Shown here in pieces: positions 1 to 8,390 of a stretch of DNA of 59,243 bases. Position numbers and translations under genes: made by a program. Source of the stretch: Phycisphaerae bacterium (GTDB lineage: Bacteria; Planctomycetota; Phycisphaerae; UBA1845); the NCBI GenBank assembly GCA_029260235.1, contig JAJDDP010000112.1:1-59243 (forward strand). The letters are read 5' to 3'. Under the pieces are notes generated by a model that was not told where the DNA came from, did not search any database, and worked only from the letters and a program-made list of their open reading frames with translations. Every line of letters begins with the position of its first letter. The first letter of the stretch is position 1.

Positions 1-2495
1 GTGGAGATCTCAACGGCGACGGCTACAACGAAATCATTGTCGGGGCACCCAGTGCTCGCGGGGCCCTGCCTCCATTTGGAGGGCAATTCGGCGGAGAGGC
101 CTATGTGATCTTTGGGGGCGACATCGTGGGGGCGGGCGGGCTGATCGAACGGGCTGACCTGGACGGAGCGGGCGGATTCTTGATTCAAGGGGAGCTCGTT
201 TGGGGCAACCTAGGTACCAGCTGCGCCGCAGCCGGCGACGTGAACGCCGATGGCTACGACGACCTAATCGTAGGAAACCCAGGGCCTGGCCCGGACTTGG
301 ATCGCTCTGGGTTTGCATACGTTTTCTTCGGCGGCCCCGACATCGGGCAAAGTGGAATCTTGCTGCCTTCGCAGCTCAATGGCAGCAACGGGTTTGCGAT
401 CAACGGATTGACGGGTTTCGACGGCACCGGACGCCGGCTTAGCGGAGGTGGCGATGTCAACGGCGATGGGGTGGACGACTTGATCGTCCAAGCCGACCAC
501 GAAGTCTACGTCATTTTCGGCAGTCCTTCATTGGGGGCGGGTGGCCAATTCGATCCAGCATCGCTGGACGGCTCGAACGGTTTCGTAGTCCGGACCAACT
601 TTGGCTCAGCCTTGTTCTTCAACGACGTATCCGTTGCCGGCGACCTCAACGCCGACGGAATCGACGACGTGATCATTGGCAGTGCAGGGGCAAGCGGGGG
701 ACGCGGCGAAGCCTATGTCATCTTCGGGAGGAGCTCTCCGCTCGACTGCAACGGAAATAGCCTGACCGATGTCTGCGAGATTGCCCAAGGATTGGCTGCG
801 GACTGCAATGACAACGGCATTCCCGATGAATGCCTAAACATCGAAATGGACTGCAATACCAACGGCACTCCCGATGCCTGTGACGTCGCCTCAAACGGCC
901 TGCCCGATTGCAACAGCAACGGCGTGCCCGACCTCTGCCAAGACCAAGAGGCTGATTGCAACAATAATGGGGCACCCGACCAATGTGACATCGCCGAAGG
1001 AACCAGCACCGATTGCAATGGCAACGGCGTCCCTGACGAGTGCAACAGCCTGGAATTCGATTGCAACAACAACGGCGTCCCTGATCCTTGTGATGTCCAA
1101 AACGGACCAAGCAGCGATTGCAACGCCAATGGCATCCCCGATGAGTGCATCGCGTTAGAATTCGATTGCAACAACAATGGCATTCCAGACGCCTGCGACA
1201 TCACTTCGGGCCTGCTGCCGGATTGCAATACCAATGGCTGGCCGGATGGATGCGAAATAGCCCGTGGTAGCATCTCGGATTGCAACACCAACGGCGTTCC
1301 CGACGCCTGTGACATCAGCGCGGGCGCCAGTTCGGACTGCAATACCAACGGTATCGCCGACGACTGCGAAGAGGGTTGGGCCGCCGACTGCAATTCAAAT
1401 GGCGTGTCCGATCTCTGCGACGTAGCTGAGGGTAATGGGCACGATTTCAACGACAACGCTGTGCTCGATGAGTGCGAACCCAATCGCAACATCCGCGTGC
1501 GGCTGGGAGACGGCTGCAGTGAAGAACCGACCGGTGAGTTCGACGACCCCTTCTGCTCGATCCAGCAGGCCATCTTCAACAGCATCCCCGGCGATGAAAT
1601 TGTCCTGGACACCGGTGTGTACACCGGGCAAAGGAATATGAACTTCTTTGGCCGATCAATCACCATCCGTTGTGCGGACGGACCCGCTGGCGGGCCTGGA
1701 CAGTGCATCATCGACCTGGAACATGCGGGCCGGGCGTTCTCGCTGGCCAATGAGGAAGACGCTGACGCAGTCATCGAGGGGTTGATCATCATCAACGGCA
1801 GCGCCTCGCAGGGAGGAGCCATCTTCTGTGAGGAGAGTAATCCTACCATTCGTAATTGCATCATCACTGATTGCACCGCCCTGATCGGCGGAGCTGTCTA
1901 TTGCCTCAACGGAAGTGCGACGCTGGAAAACTCTATCATCGCCCGCAACTCGGCAGAATTGGGTGGCGGCTTCTTCGTCCTGAGCGAGGCTGCCTCAGTA
2001 CGTCACTGTACATTTGTCGAAAACCTAGCCATTCAAGGCGGGGCGGTCGCCTGCCTGGGGACCGCGCTGGCTGTAGACCAGACCATTCTCTGGGAAAACT
2101 CAGCTACCCAGGGGCCAAGCATCTTTGCTTTCGAGTCGCCTCCTGCATCCGCGATTGTGGTTCGATACTGCGACGTCCAAGGGGGACAAAGTTCGATTTC
2201 ACTCGACGCTGGTTCAACGCTGATCTTTGGCGATACCAATCTCGATGCTGATCCGCGATTCGCCGATTTGGCAGCTGGGGATTACCAGCTGCGGCGACGT
2301 TCACCCTGCCTGGGGTCGGGTGATCCTGCCTTCATACCCCAAGCGGATGAACGAGACGTCCACGGCGATGATCGCGTGATCGGAACGGTGGTCGACATCG
2401 GTGCCGATGAATTCTTGCCTCATCTTGAGACGCCAAGTCCTCCCGGCCCGCTGCCCAGCGGACGTCCATCGGCCGAAGCTGGTTCCGGAGGATAA
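1..2495 (+). CDS. Secreted adhesin-like protein, 5'-partial (reading frame begins at nt 3). It has N-terminal FG-GAP/integrin-alpha-like repeats, a central Cys/Asp-rich calcium-binding-like tandem repeat region, and a C-terminal right-handed parallel beta-helix (pectate-lyase-like) domain.
   Basis: The frame of ORF 105..2495 stays open to the window edge. Upstream translation GDLNGDGYNEIIVGAPSARG... is an FG-GAP repeat. Repeated motifs DVNADGYDDLIVG, GDVNGDGVDDLIV and DLNADGIDDVIIG are integrin-alpha FG-GAP/Ca-binding loops. Residues 214-458 form the DCNxNGxPDxC repeats. The C-terminal NxIIARNSAELGGGFF and NCIITDCTALIGGAVYC segments resemble PbH1 beta-helix repeats. Confidence 0.8.
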   Translation, partial: GDLNGDGYNEIIVGAPSARGALPPFGGQFGGEAYVIFGGDIVGAGGLIERADLDGAGGFLIQGELVWGNLGTSCAAAGDVNADGYDDLIVGNPGPGPDLDRSGFAYVFFGGPDIGQSGILLPSQLNGSNGFAINGLTGFDGTGRRLSGGGDVNGDGVDDLIVQADHEVYVIFGSPSLGAGGQFDPASLDGSNGFVVRTNFGSALFFNDVSVAGDLNADGIDDVIIGSAGASGGRGEAYVIFGRSSPLDCNGNSLTDVCEIAQGLAADCNDNGIPDECLNIEMDCNTNGTPDACDVASNGLPDCNSNGVPDLCQDQEADCNNNGAPDQCDIAEGTSTDCNGNGVPDECNSLEFDCNNNGVPDPCDVQNGPSSDCNANGIPDECIALEFDCNNNGIPDACDITSGLLPDCNTNGWPDGCEIARGSISDCNTNGVPDACDISAGASSDCNTNGIADDCEEGWAADCNSNGVSDLCDVAEGNGHDFNDNAVLDECEPNRNIRVRLGDGCSEEPTGEFDDPFCSIQQAIFNSIPGDEIVLDTGVYTGQRNMNFFGRSITIRCADGPAGGPGQCIIDLEHAGRAFSLANEEDADAVIEGLIIINGSASQGGAIFCEESNPTIRNCIITDCTALIGGAVYCLNGSATLENSIIARNSAELGGGFFVLSEAASVRHCTFVENLAIQGGAVACLGTALAVDQTILWENSATQGPSIFAFESPPASAIVVRYCDVQGGQSSISLDAGSTLIFGDTNLDADPRFADLAAGDYQLRRRSPCLGSGDPAFIPQADERDVHGDDRVIGTVVDIGADEFLPHLETPSPPGPLPSGRPSAEAGSGG
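744..1478 (+). repeat. In-frame tandem repeat array of about 14 copies inside the CDS. It encodes DCN-x-NG-x-PD-x-C units with alternating 19- and 16-residue periods (about 57- and 48-nt DNA units).
   Basis: DCN recurs at ORF residues 214, 233, 249, 268, 284, 303, 319, 338, 354, 373, 392, 411 and 428, with a degenerate DFNDN at 447. The D-x-N-x-N-G-x-x-D spacing is EF-hand/dockerin/TSP3-like. The long antisense ORF 713..1876 is an artefact of this repeat. Confidence 0.8.
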
Positions 2496-2659
2496 CGGCC
2501 GGTCGCTTCAGGCAACGCCTATGCGTCGCTGCACAGCGGCTTCTGCGAGCTTATCGCCTGTGGCATTCTTCCCTGGTCATGTGCCTATCTTGGCTTAGGA
2601 ACACTGTCACGCTAAACTAGTCAGCGGTAGGTTCCGGTGGGCTGACAGGAAGACGCCTG

Positions 2660-3490
2660 ATGAAACGGCAATCACATCAAGAAAATGGCTTTACGCTCAT
2701 CGAGTTGCTGGTGGTGATCAGTATCATCGCCCTGTTGCTCTCGATCCTGCTGCCCAGCATGTCTCGGGCGAAGGCCCAAGGGCGGACGGTGCTCTGCCTT
2801 AGCCATCTGCAACAGCTTAGCAATGCCATGCACCTGTACACCAACCAAAACCTCGACTATGTGCCTCAGGTCTATGGCGGTCCGGTTGGTTGGCTAGCCA
2901 AGCGTGGCGCCCTTTACCGCATGACGGTTGAGTCGGGCATGTTGGCGGATACCGACGAATACCCAGACCTGTTGGTCTGCCCCGACACCCAACCAAGGGG
3001 CGCTCTTAGCTATGCCCTCAATGCAGTCGTGTTCGGCTACGAAACGCAGAATCTTGGCCCCGATGGCAGACCCAAGGACGAGGGGACGGGCGATACTGCG
3101 CCGGACGACTCTGATGAAGACAATCCCTTCACCTACGAAATTCCGCCCCTAAAACTCTCTCGGGTCAAGAGTCCCGGGAAGGTCGTCGCGCTGTACGATG
3201 TAAATATTGCCTCTTTAGGGCGGGTTTGGAATTCCAGCTTGCACACCGACGAATCCGATCTCTCCGATCAATTCACGGGCAACGGCATGCTGGGCACAGC
3301 CAGGCCCAATCCGGCTGGCTTTATGTGGCAAGAATCGTTGGACGAAGATCCCTTCCAGGCGAAGTCGCCCCACGATTCAGGCCACAACATCCTCTTTGTG
3401 GATGGCCATGCCAGTACACACAGCCAATGGCAGCCAGGGCTGACGACCCGCCTCACCGGCAGTAACCCCAACGACGACGTGCTGCACTAA
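2660..3490 (+). CDS. Prepilin-type N-terminal cleavage/methylation domain protein (DUF1559-type, H-X9-DG family; planctomycete pseudopilin-like).
   Basis: N-terminus MKRQSHQENGFTLIELLVVISIIALLLSILLP is a class III signal/pilin motif (G|FTLIELLVV). C-terminal HNILFVDGHAS matches the H-X9-DG motif. An AGGAAG RBS-like sequence precedes the ATG. Confidence 0.85.
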   Translation: MKRQSHQENGFTLIELLVVISIIALLLSILLPSMSRAKAQGRTVLCLSHLQQLSNAMHLYTNQNLDYVPQVYGGPVGWLAKRGALYRMTVESGMLADTDEYPDLLVCPDTQPRGALSYALNAVVFGYETQNLGPDGRPKDEGTGDTAPDDSDEDNPFTYEIPPLKLSRVKSPGKVVALYDVNIASLGRVWNSSLHTDESDLSDQFTGNGMLGTARPNPAGFMWQESLDEDPFQAKSPHDSGHNILFVDGHASTHSQWQPGLTTRLTGSNPNDDVLH

Positions 3491-3580
3491 GGCGTTGTTG
3501 AATGATGTCTTGCTTGCCGAGAAGTCACTCAGGCGCGGGCCCAGCTCACTCATCGCTGGGGCTGCGCCTGTTCGCACAGC

Positions 3581-4774
3581 TTATTCCTTGCTCATTTTAT
3601 CCTTGCGGCCAATCACGCCCAGTCTGGGCGGCGTGAGCATTCGCAGCTGCTTGGCAATCTCATCCAATTCTTCGCAGGCCTCAGCAAGATTGTCTTTGGC
3701 GATGGGTAATTGGATGGCCACTTCCTTGTCGAACTTATCTGCCAACTCAAACAGTCTCTTAGCCCGAATTTCTTCTTTCCGTTCTTCGAGGAAACTGATT
3801 TGGGCTTCGAGTTCAGCTGCTTGCATGGAAGCCTGGGCCAATTCACTGTTGTAAGCGCCCAGGGCATGGCCACCGACCTGCTGGACAACCTCTTTGCGTG
3901 CTTGGAGTAACTCGACCCGGGCGTGGGCTAATTGTTCTTGCGCTTCAGAGAACTCCGGTGAGGACGCAACCATCTTGGCCTCATGACGAGCCTTATAGCG
4001 AGCTAGGTTCTGTTCGTGTATCTCAACCACTCTTGTTAGCTCATGAAGGATGGCGTCCCCGTCTGCCCTTGCCTCAAGATCCGCCGAAATCTTGGCAACT
4101 CGCTGCTCCAACATGGCTTGGCGTATGCGCCGCGTATGGAGTTCCATATCCAGGTGTCGCTTGTCTCGGGCCAACTCGGTCAACTCTTCAGTGATGACTT
4201 CAGCAGATAAGTCGGCTCTACCCGATTCTTCCAAGAGTTGCCGTCTTAGTTGTTGAAGCTCTTCTAGGCGGGTCTCAGCCTCAGCGCGGTGGGACTTCAT
4301 CATATCGAGGCGTTGTGCAGAGTGGCGAAGATTGGCTTCGTGAATCTGGTGAATCGCGCTGTCCAACTGATCGCAGATGGCCAGCATCGCTTGGCGGGCC
4401 GGCGTAGTGGGTGCAAATGAATCAGCAAGCGAGATCTCCATCTCTACCACCATCGAAGACTCGAACGGCTCGCCGTGATGCAGGACAGCCATGTCGATGT
4501 CCAGCCTGCCTTCTACTAAGGCCAAGTCCGGGTCGGCGTCTCTTGAACTTGCAAAGGCCGCCGAGAGAACTTCTGAACTCTTAGCCATGGAGAATAGAAC
4601 TTCTTCGTTAAGATGGACGGATCCAGAAGACCAGGAAAGATTTAGCAGGCAGCGTGCCTCGCGTTGGCTGCTGCGCTCCTTTTCAGCCATTTGGGCGGCA
4701 CATGGCGCTATCGGCATGAGCAGCCAGGTGAAGGCAGGAACCAGAGCGAGAGACTTGAGTATTTGCGACATCAT
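3581..4774 (-). CDS. Secreted coiled-coil protein (hypothetical). It is the last gene of the ECF sigma / anti-sigma operon.
   Basis: Signal-peptide-like N-terminus MMSQILKSLALVPAFTWLLMPIAPCAAQ. Most of the protein is heptad-rich with charged residues (EELQQLRRQLLEE...). GGAGGTG lies 4 nt upstream of the ATG. The start overlaps the upstream gene's stop as ATGA. Confidence 0.6.
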   Translation of the reverse strand: MMSQILKSLALVPAFTWLLMPIAPCAAQMAEKERSSQREARCLLNLSWSSGSVHLNEEVLFSMAKSSEVLSAAFASSRDADPDLALVEGRLDIDMAVLHHGEPFESSMVVEMEISLADSFAPTTPARQAMLAICDQLDSAIHQIHEANLRHSAQRLDMMKSHRAEAETRLEELQQLRRQLLEESGRADLSAEVITEELTELARDKRHLDMELHTRRIRQAMLEQRVAKISADLEARADGDAILHELTRVVEIHEQNLARYKARHEAKMVASSPEFSEAQEQLAHARVELLQARKEVVQQVGGHALGAYNSELAQASMQAAELEAQISFLEERKEEIRAKRLFELADKFDKEVAIQLPIAKDNLAEACEELDEIAKQLRMLTPPRLGVIGRKDKMSKE

Positions 4775-5385
4775 AGCGCACCTCCGTTGTATTGGTTCTG
4801 CAGTGCATCCAATCGACTTTTGGCTACATCTGCGTAAGGACTGTTCGGAAAAAGCTCCACTGTGCGGCGATAGGCGAGAATGGAAGAGCGGCGCAAGCCC
4901 AGCTCGCGGTCCATGCGGTCAGCTTGAACCACCATGATCAGCGATGCTTCCTCAGCCAAGCGCAGCGCATCTGCGATGGGATTTCTGGTGAGCGACTGAA
5001 CTCTTGCTCCAGCAGCCACTGTTTTGAACTGTTGGATTCGGGCGGCGAGCAATTCCCGGGCAACAAGGCGGCTGACGGCTACTTCCGTCTCCCAGTGCAT
5101 TCTCGTCGCTGAGCTTGCTTCCGGCGGAGCGGCGGGTAGTTCGACGACTACGTCGAAACGCTGAGCAGGTTCGAGACTCGGTTGGGATCGCGTCAGCACC
5201 AGCGAGATAAGAAGGACAAACACGATGGCAGAGCTGCATCCAGCTGCGGTTCTGACTCGATCACGTCGCTGTTTTCTCGCCTGCACATGCTTAGCCCATT
5301 CGAGTGGGTCGGTTGTTATGAGCGGAGCTTGACTCGCTGACTGGTCAGCCCGCTGTAGCAAATCCTTGAGCGGCTGATCAGGCAT
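4771..5385 (-). CDS. Putative anti-sigma factor (single-pass membrane protein) cognate to the upstream ECF sigma factor.
   Basis: Position immediately downstream of the ECF sigma gene. One hydrophobic helix (SAIVFVLLISLVLT) follows a cytoplasmic N-terminal segment. Start chosen at MPDQPLKDLL (ATG at 5385), preceded by GAGGGGAA, rather than the ORF-track start 5400 that overlaps sigma by 23 nt. The stop overlaps the next start (ATGA). Confidence 0.5.
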   Translation of the reverse strand: MPDQPLKDLLQRADQSASQAPLITTDPLEWAKHVQARKQRRDRVRTAAGCSSAIVFVLLISLVLTRSQPSLEPAQRFDVVVELPAAPPEASSATRMHWETEVAVSRLVARELLAARIQQFKTVAAGARVQSLTRNPIADALRLAEEASLIMVVQADRMDRELGLRRSSILAYRRTVELFPNSPYADVAKSRLDALQNQYNGGAL

Positions 5386-5896
5386 GGTCGTTCCCCTCAT
5401 CTGCTAGTTCAATTTGTTCACGCAGCATGCGCCGCGCCCGGCTGAGGCGAACCTCGACCGCATTTTTTTGCATCCCTAGCACCGAGCAGATTTGATCCAC
5501 CGGCATCTCAGCCAGGTAATGCAGAACGATGACCTCGCGGTACTTGTCAGGCAGGATCATCACCGCTTGGCGAACGGCCTCCATGCGGGGCGATGAGTCG
5601 GGCGTGGCGTTGACTGAGGATTGTTCTGCCTTGCCGCGCGCCCAGCCTAGGAATCTATCAACCACTTTTTGGCGCCGGCGTCGTTTGCGGCAGATATTGA
5701 CGGTGATAGATGTTAGCCACGTACCAATTTGGGCATCGCCGCGAAATCGTTTAAGGTTGGTCAAAGCAGCCATGAATACGTCCTGCACAACGTCGTCCAC
5801 TTCCGCGGGCCAGCCCAGCAATCGATAGGCGAGCACGGCAATCCTGTGGCGATGGTCCGCGACAAGTCGCTCAAAAACCTCGTGTTCGCCGCCCAT
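5378..5896 (-). CDS. ECF-type RNA polymerase sigma-70 family factor (sigma-E/sigma-24 group).
   Basis: Region 2: DDVVQDVFMAALTNLKRFRGDAQIGTWLTSITVNICRKRRRR. Region 4: EVIVLHYLAEMPVDQICSVLGMQKNAVEVRLSRARRMLRE. Size 172 aa. Confidence 0.85.
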   Translation of the reverse strand: MGGEHEVFERLVADHRHRIAVLAYRLLGWPAEVDDVVQDVFMAALTNLKRFRGDAQIGTWLTSITVNICRKRRRRQKVVDRFLGWARGKAEQSSVNATPDSSPRMEAVRQAVMILPDKYREVIVLHYLAEMPVDQICSVLGMQKNAVEVRLSRARRMLREQIELADEGNDHA

Positions 5897-6039
5897 GGAG
5901 CATCGGTCTCGCTTGGTTCGGCAGGCAATGACGGGTTGCTCCTCGGCTGAACGCGTCGCTGGCTGGCTGCCGATCTTCTTCTGTAAAGGTTAGATCCCAA
6001 GGGGTCTTGAATACTTACAGCGATCATCAAGAAAGAATG

Positions 6040-6076
6040 GCCACCCCTGCCGGAATGTTGATGAGGTGGCTTTGAA
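6040..6076 (-). terminator. Possible intrinsic terminator hairpin downstream of nnr (GCCACC...GGTGGC stem, about 19-nt loop, followed on the minus strand by ATTCTTTCTT).
   Basis: Inverted repeat gccacc/ggtggc read directly from the sequence just beyond the 3' end of the minus-strand nnr gene. The T-tract is weak. Coordinates are approximate. Confidence 0.2.
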
Positions 6077-6096
6077 CGCCGCAAACGTGCCTCGCG

Positions 6097-6780
6097 TCAG
6101 GCTTGGACCCGCTTGATTAGGCTCGGAGGGGCGCCGATTCCGCCGACCAGCAGTTCACCGACGAAGCGCTGGGCGTCTGGCCTAATCAGGCCAACCTTAC
6201 TGGCGACAAAAGTCATGGTCAGGTCTGCCTCGATCGTCGCATTGGCGGCGACGCCCGTGTTGCAATCAAGACCGGAAGGAACATCGACGGCAAAGACCAA
6301 GCTCTTCTTGGCTTGGTTGATCCCCAGAATCAGATCCGCCATCGGTTGGCGGACATCTCCGTTGAAGCCCGTTCCCAGTAAGGCATCCACCACTATGTAG
6401 CCGTCATCCAATTGGGATACTGCCTCTTGGGCTGACGCTTGGTCTTCGATCGTCCCAATGGTCAAGCCCATTTTAGCCACGATGTCGTAGTTAATGTGGC
6501 AGTCGTGGCTGAGCCGCCCCGGATCACCGGCAAGAAAAATCGAAGAGATGATCTCGTGGTTAGCCAGGTGGCGGGCGATGACAAACCCGTCCCCACCGTT
6601 GTTGCCCGGGCCGCAGAAAATAGCGACGCGCTCTGCCTGCTGAGCGCGAATTCGGTAGCGTACTTGCTCTGCGACGGTTCGCCCGGCGTTCTCCATGAGG
6701 ACCACGCCAGGAATCCCAAGCTCCTCGATAGCTAGTCGATCCACTTCACGAACCTGTTCTCGTGTGAGAATGGCATCCAT
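6097..6780 (-). CDS. nnr: NAD(P)H-hydrate epimerase (YjeF N-terminal domain, Nnr/NnrE).
   Basis: Hallmark motif VAIFCGPGNNGGDGFVIARHL and MENAGRTVAEQV. Start set at MDAILTREQV (ATG 6780), typical for the family. The ORF-track start 6804 is 8 codons longer. Confidence 0.75.
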   Translation of the reverse strand: MDAILTREQVREVDRLAIEELGIPGVVLMENAGRTVAEQVRYRIRAQQAERVAIFCGPGNNGGDGFVIARHLANHEIISSIFLAGDPGRLSHDCHINYDIVAKMGLTIGTIEDQASAQEAVSQLDDGYIVVDALLGTGFNGDVRQPMADLILGINQAKKSLVFAVDVPSGLDCNTGVAANATIEADLTMTFVASKVGLIRPDAQRFVGELLVGGIGAPPSLIKRVQA

Positions 6781-6983
6781 GACGGTGCATTGTACGCTGC
6801 CCAAGGCCAGGCCCCAACCAGTTTTTTGATCGAATTTGGACTATGTCGGCACTTGTGGGCATTGAGCGAACCACCAGCTGTGGAGGCACTCGCGTGGGAA
6901 GTCGATAGGCCACTTGACTTGCTCGAGAGCATGATTTCTTTATGATTTGCCTCCGCTGGATCCTTGGCGTGGCAGGAGCTTCT

Positions 6984-8324
6984 ATGAGTATCGTTATCGC
7001 AGGCGCGGGCGAAGTTGGCAGACACGCAGCCGAGGTGCTGGTCGGCGATGGCCATAACGTGGTCATGGTTGATTTGTCGGCGGCCAAGTTGCGCGCCCTG
7101 GAGGATCGCCTCGATGTGCGCACCTTGCAGGGCAATTGTGCCCATGCTGAGGTGCTCCGCGAAGCCGGAGTCGCCAAGTGCGAGCTGCTGCTGGCTGCTA
7201 CCGATATCGACGAGATCAACCTCCTGGCTGCCATTGTTGCCAAGGGCATCGGGGCTAAGCGTACGTTGGTGCGTGTTCATCACAGCGCATACTTCTCGGG
7301 GAAGGGCCTCGATTATGCCACCCATCTGGGAATCGAGGAACTAATCTGCCCCGAATACCTCACCTCCCAAGCTATCGCCCGGACGCTGCGCAATCCCGGT
7401 GCGTTGGCCATCGAGGAGTTTGCCCGCGGTCAAATTGAGATGCAGGAGTTGCCCGTCGATGAGGACGGAGCCGCCATCGGCAAACCGCTCGCCGAGTTGA
7501 AACTACCGGCCGGGGTTCGACTTGCCCAGATTCGGCGCAACGAAGCCACCGTCCTGCCTTCGGCCAAAACGACCATTCAGGTGGGTGACGTGGTTACCTT
7601 GATCGGTGAACGCAAGACCTTCGAGCAAGGGAGAAAGATCTTTGCAGCTGGCACGTCCAAGCGGAAAACCGTGGTCATCATGGGTGGAACAGCCATGTCC
7701 GTCTGGTTGAGCAGGGCCTTGGAGAAGCGGGAATTCTCGGTCAGGCTCTTTGAGAAGGACGCTGAACGAGCGGAGGAACTGTCCAACAAGCTGCCCCATG
7801 TTACCGTTATCCGGGCAGACCCTACTGAGCAGGAAGTGCAAGAAGAGGAGCGTATCGGGCACGCCGACGCCTTCGTAGCCGTCACCGCCGACGACGAGCA
7901 TAACATTCTCTCCGCCGCCCAGGCCAAGAGCTTGGGGGCTAAGATGGCTATTTCCGTTGTCCAACGCACCACATACATGCACCTTTATAGCAGCGTGGGC
8001 GTTGATCGGGCGTTTAGCCCCAGGGTGGTTGCTGCGGCTGCAGTGCGAAAGATGCTCGACGTTGGTCCCGTGCGATTGTTGGCTTCCTTGTCCGATGGAG
8101 CAGCCGACGTCTACGAGATCAGACCGACTCGAAAATCAATCGCCGTAGGTAAAGAATTAAGGAATCTCAAACTGCCGCCCGAGTGCATGATCGGCGCGAT
8201 ACAGCGAGACGGAACAGTTAAGGTCCCCGGGGCTGATGACACTATCGCCATTGGGGATACGCTGCTATTGATCGGCCCCGATGGCATCGAACGGAAACTC
8301 AAGAAAATATTCGCCACCAAGTAG
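6984..8324 (+). CDS. trkA: Trk potassium uptake system NAD-binding component TrkA (two RCK_N + RCK_C modules).
   Basis: MSIVIAGAGEVGRHAAEVL Rossmann start. A second RCK_N at VVIMGGTAMSVWLSRAL. AGGAGC RBS lies 5 nt upstream of the ATG at 6984. The ORF-track start 6942 is in frame upstream. Confidence 0.85.
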   Translation: MSIVIAGAGEVGRHAAEVLVGDGHNVVMVDLSAAKLRALEDRLDVRTLQGNCAHAEVLREAGVAKCELLLAATDIDEINLLAAIVAKGIGAKRTLVRVHHSAYFSGKGLDYATHLGIEELICPEYLTSQAIARTLRNPGALAIEEFARGQIEMQELPVDEDGAAIGKPLAELKLPAGVRLAQIRRNEATVLPSAKTTIQVGDVVTLIGERKTFEQGRKIFAAGTSKRKTVVIMGGTAMSVWLSRALEKREFSVRLFEKDAERAEELSNKLPHVTVIRADPTEQEVQEEERIGHADAFVAVTADDEHNILSAAQAKSLGAKMAISVVQRTTYMHLYSSVGVDRAFSPRVVAAAAVRKMLDVGPVRLLASLSDGAADVYEIRPTRKSIAVGKELRNLKLPPECMIGAIQRDGTVKVPGADDTIAIGDTLLLIGPDGIERKLKKIFATK

Positions 8325-8390
8325 ACCGGTTGAGTAGGGCTGCCTACTGGATCTGTCCGAGCAGCTGTTCAACCAGCAGAGCAAGAACCA

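Noticed and set aside
713-1876. 387-aa minus-strand ORF overlapping the tandem-repeat region of the first gene
   Set aside because: It is the antisense reading of the DCNxNG repeat array. Its Ser/Leu/Gln-rich low-complexity product mirrors the repeat period. The plus-strand frame has clear domain homology.
6732-7325. Minus-strand ORFs (197 aa and 167 aa) overlapping the trkA 5' region
   Set aside because: They are antisense to the strongly conserved TrkA Rossmann domain, with no homology.
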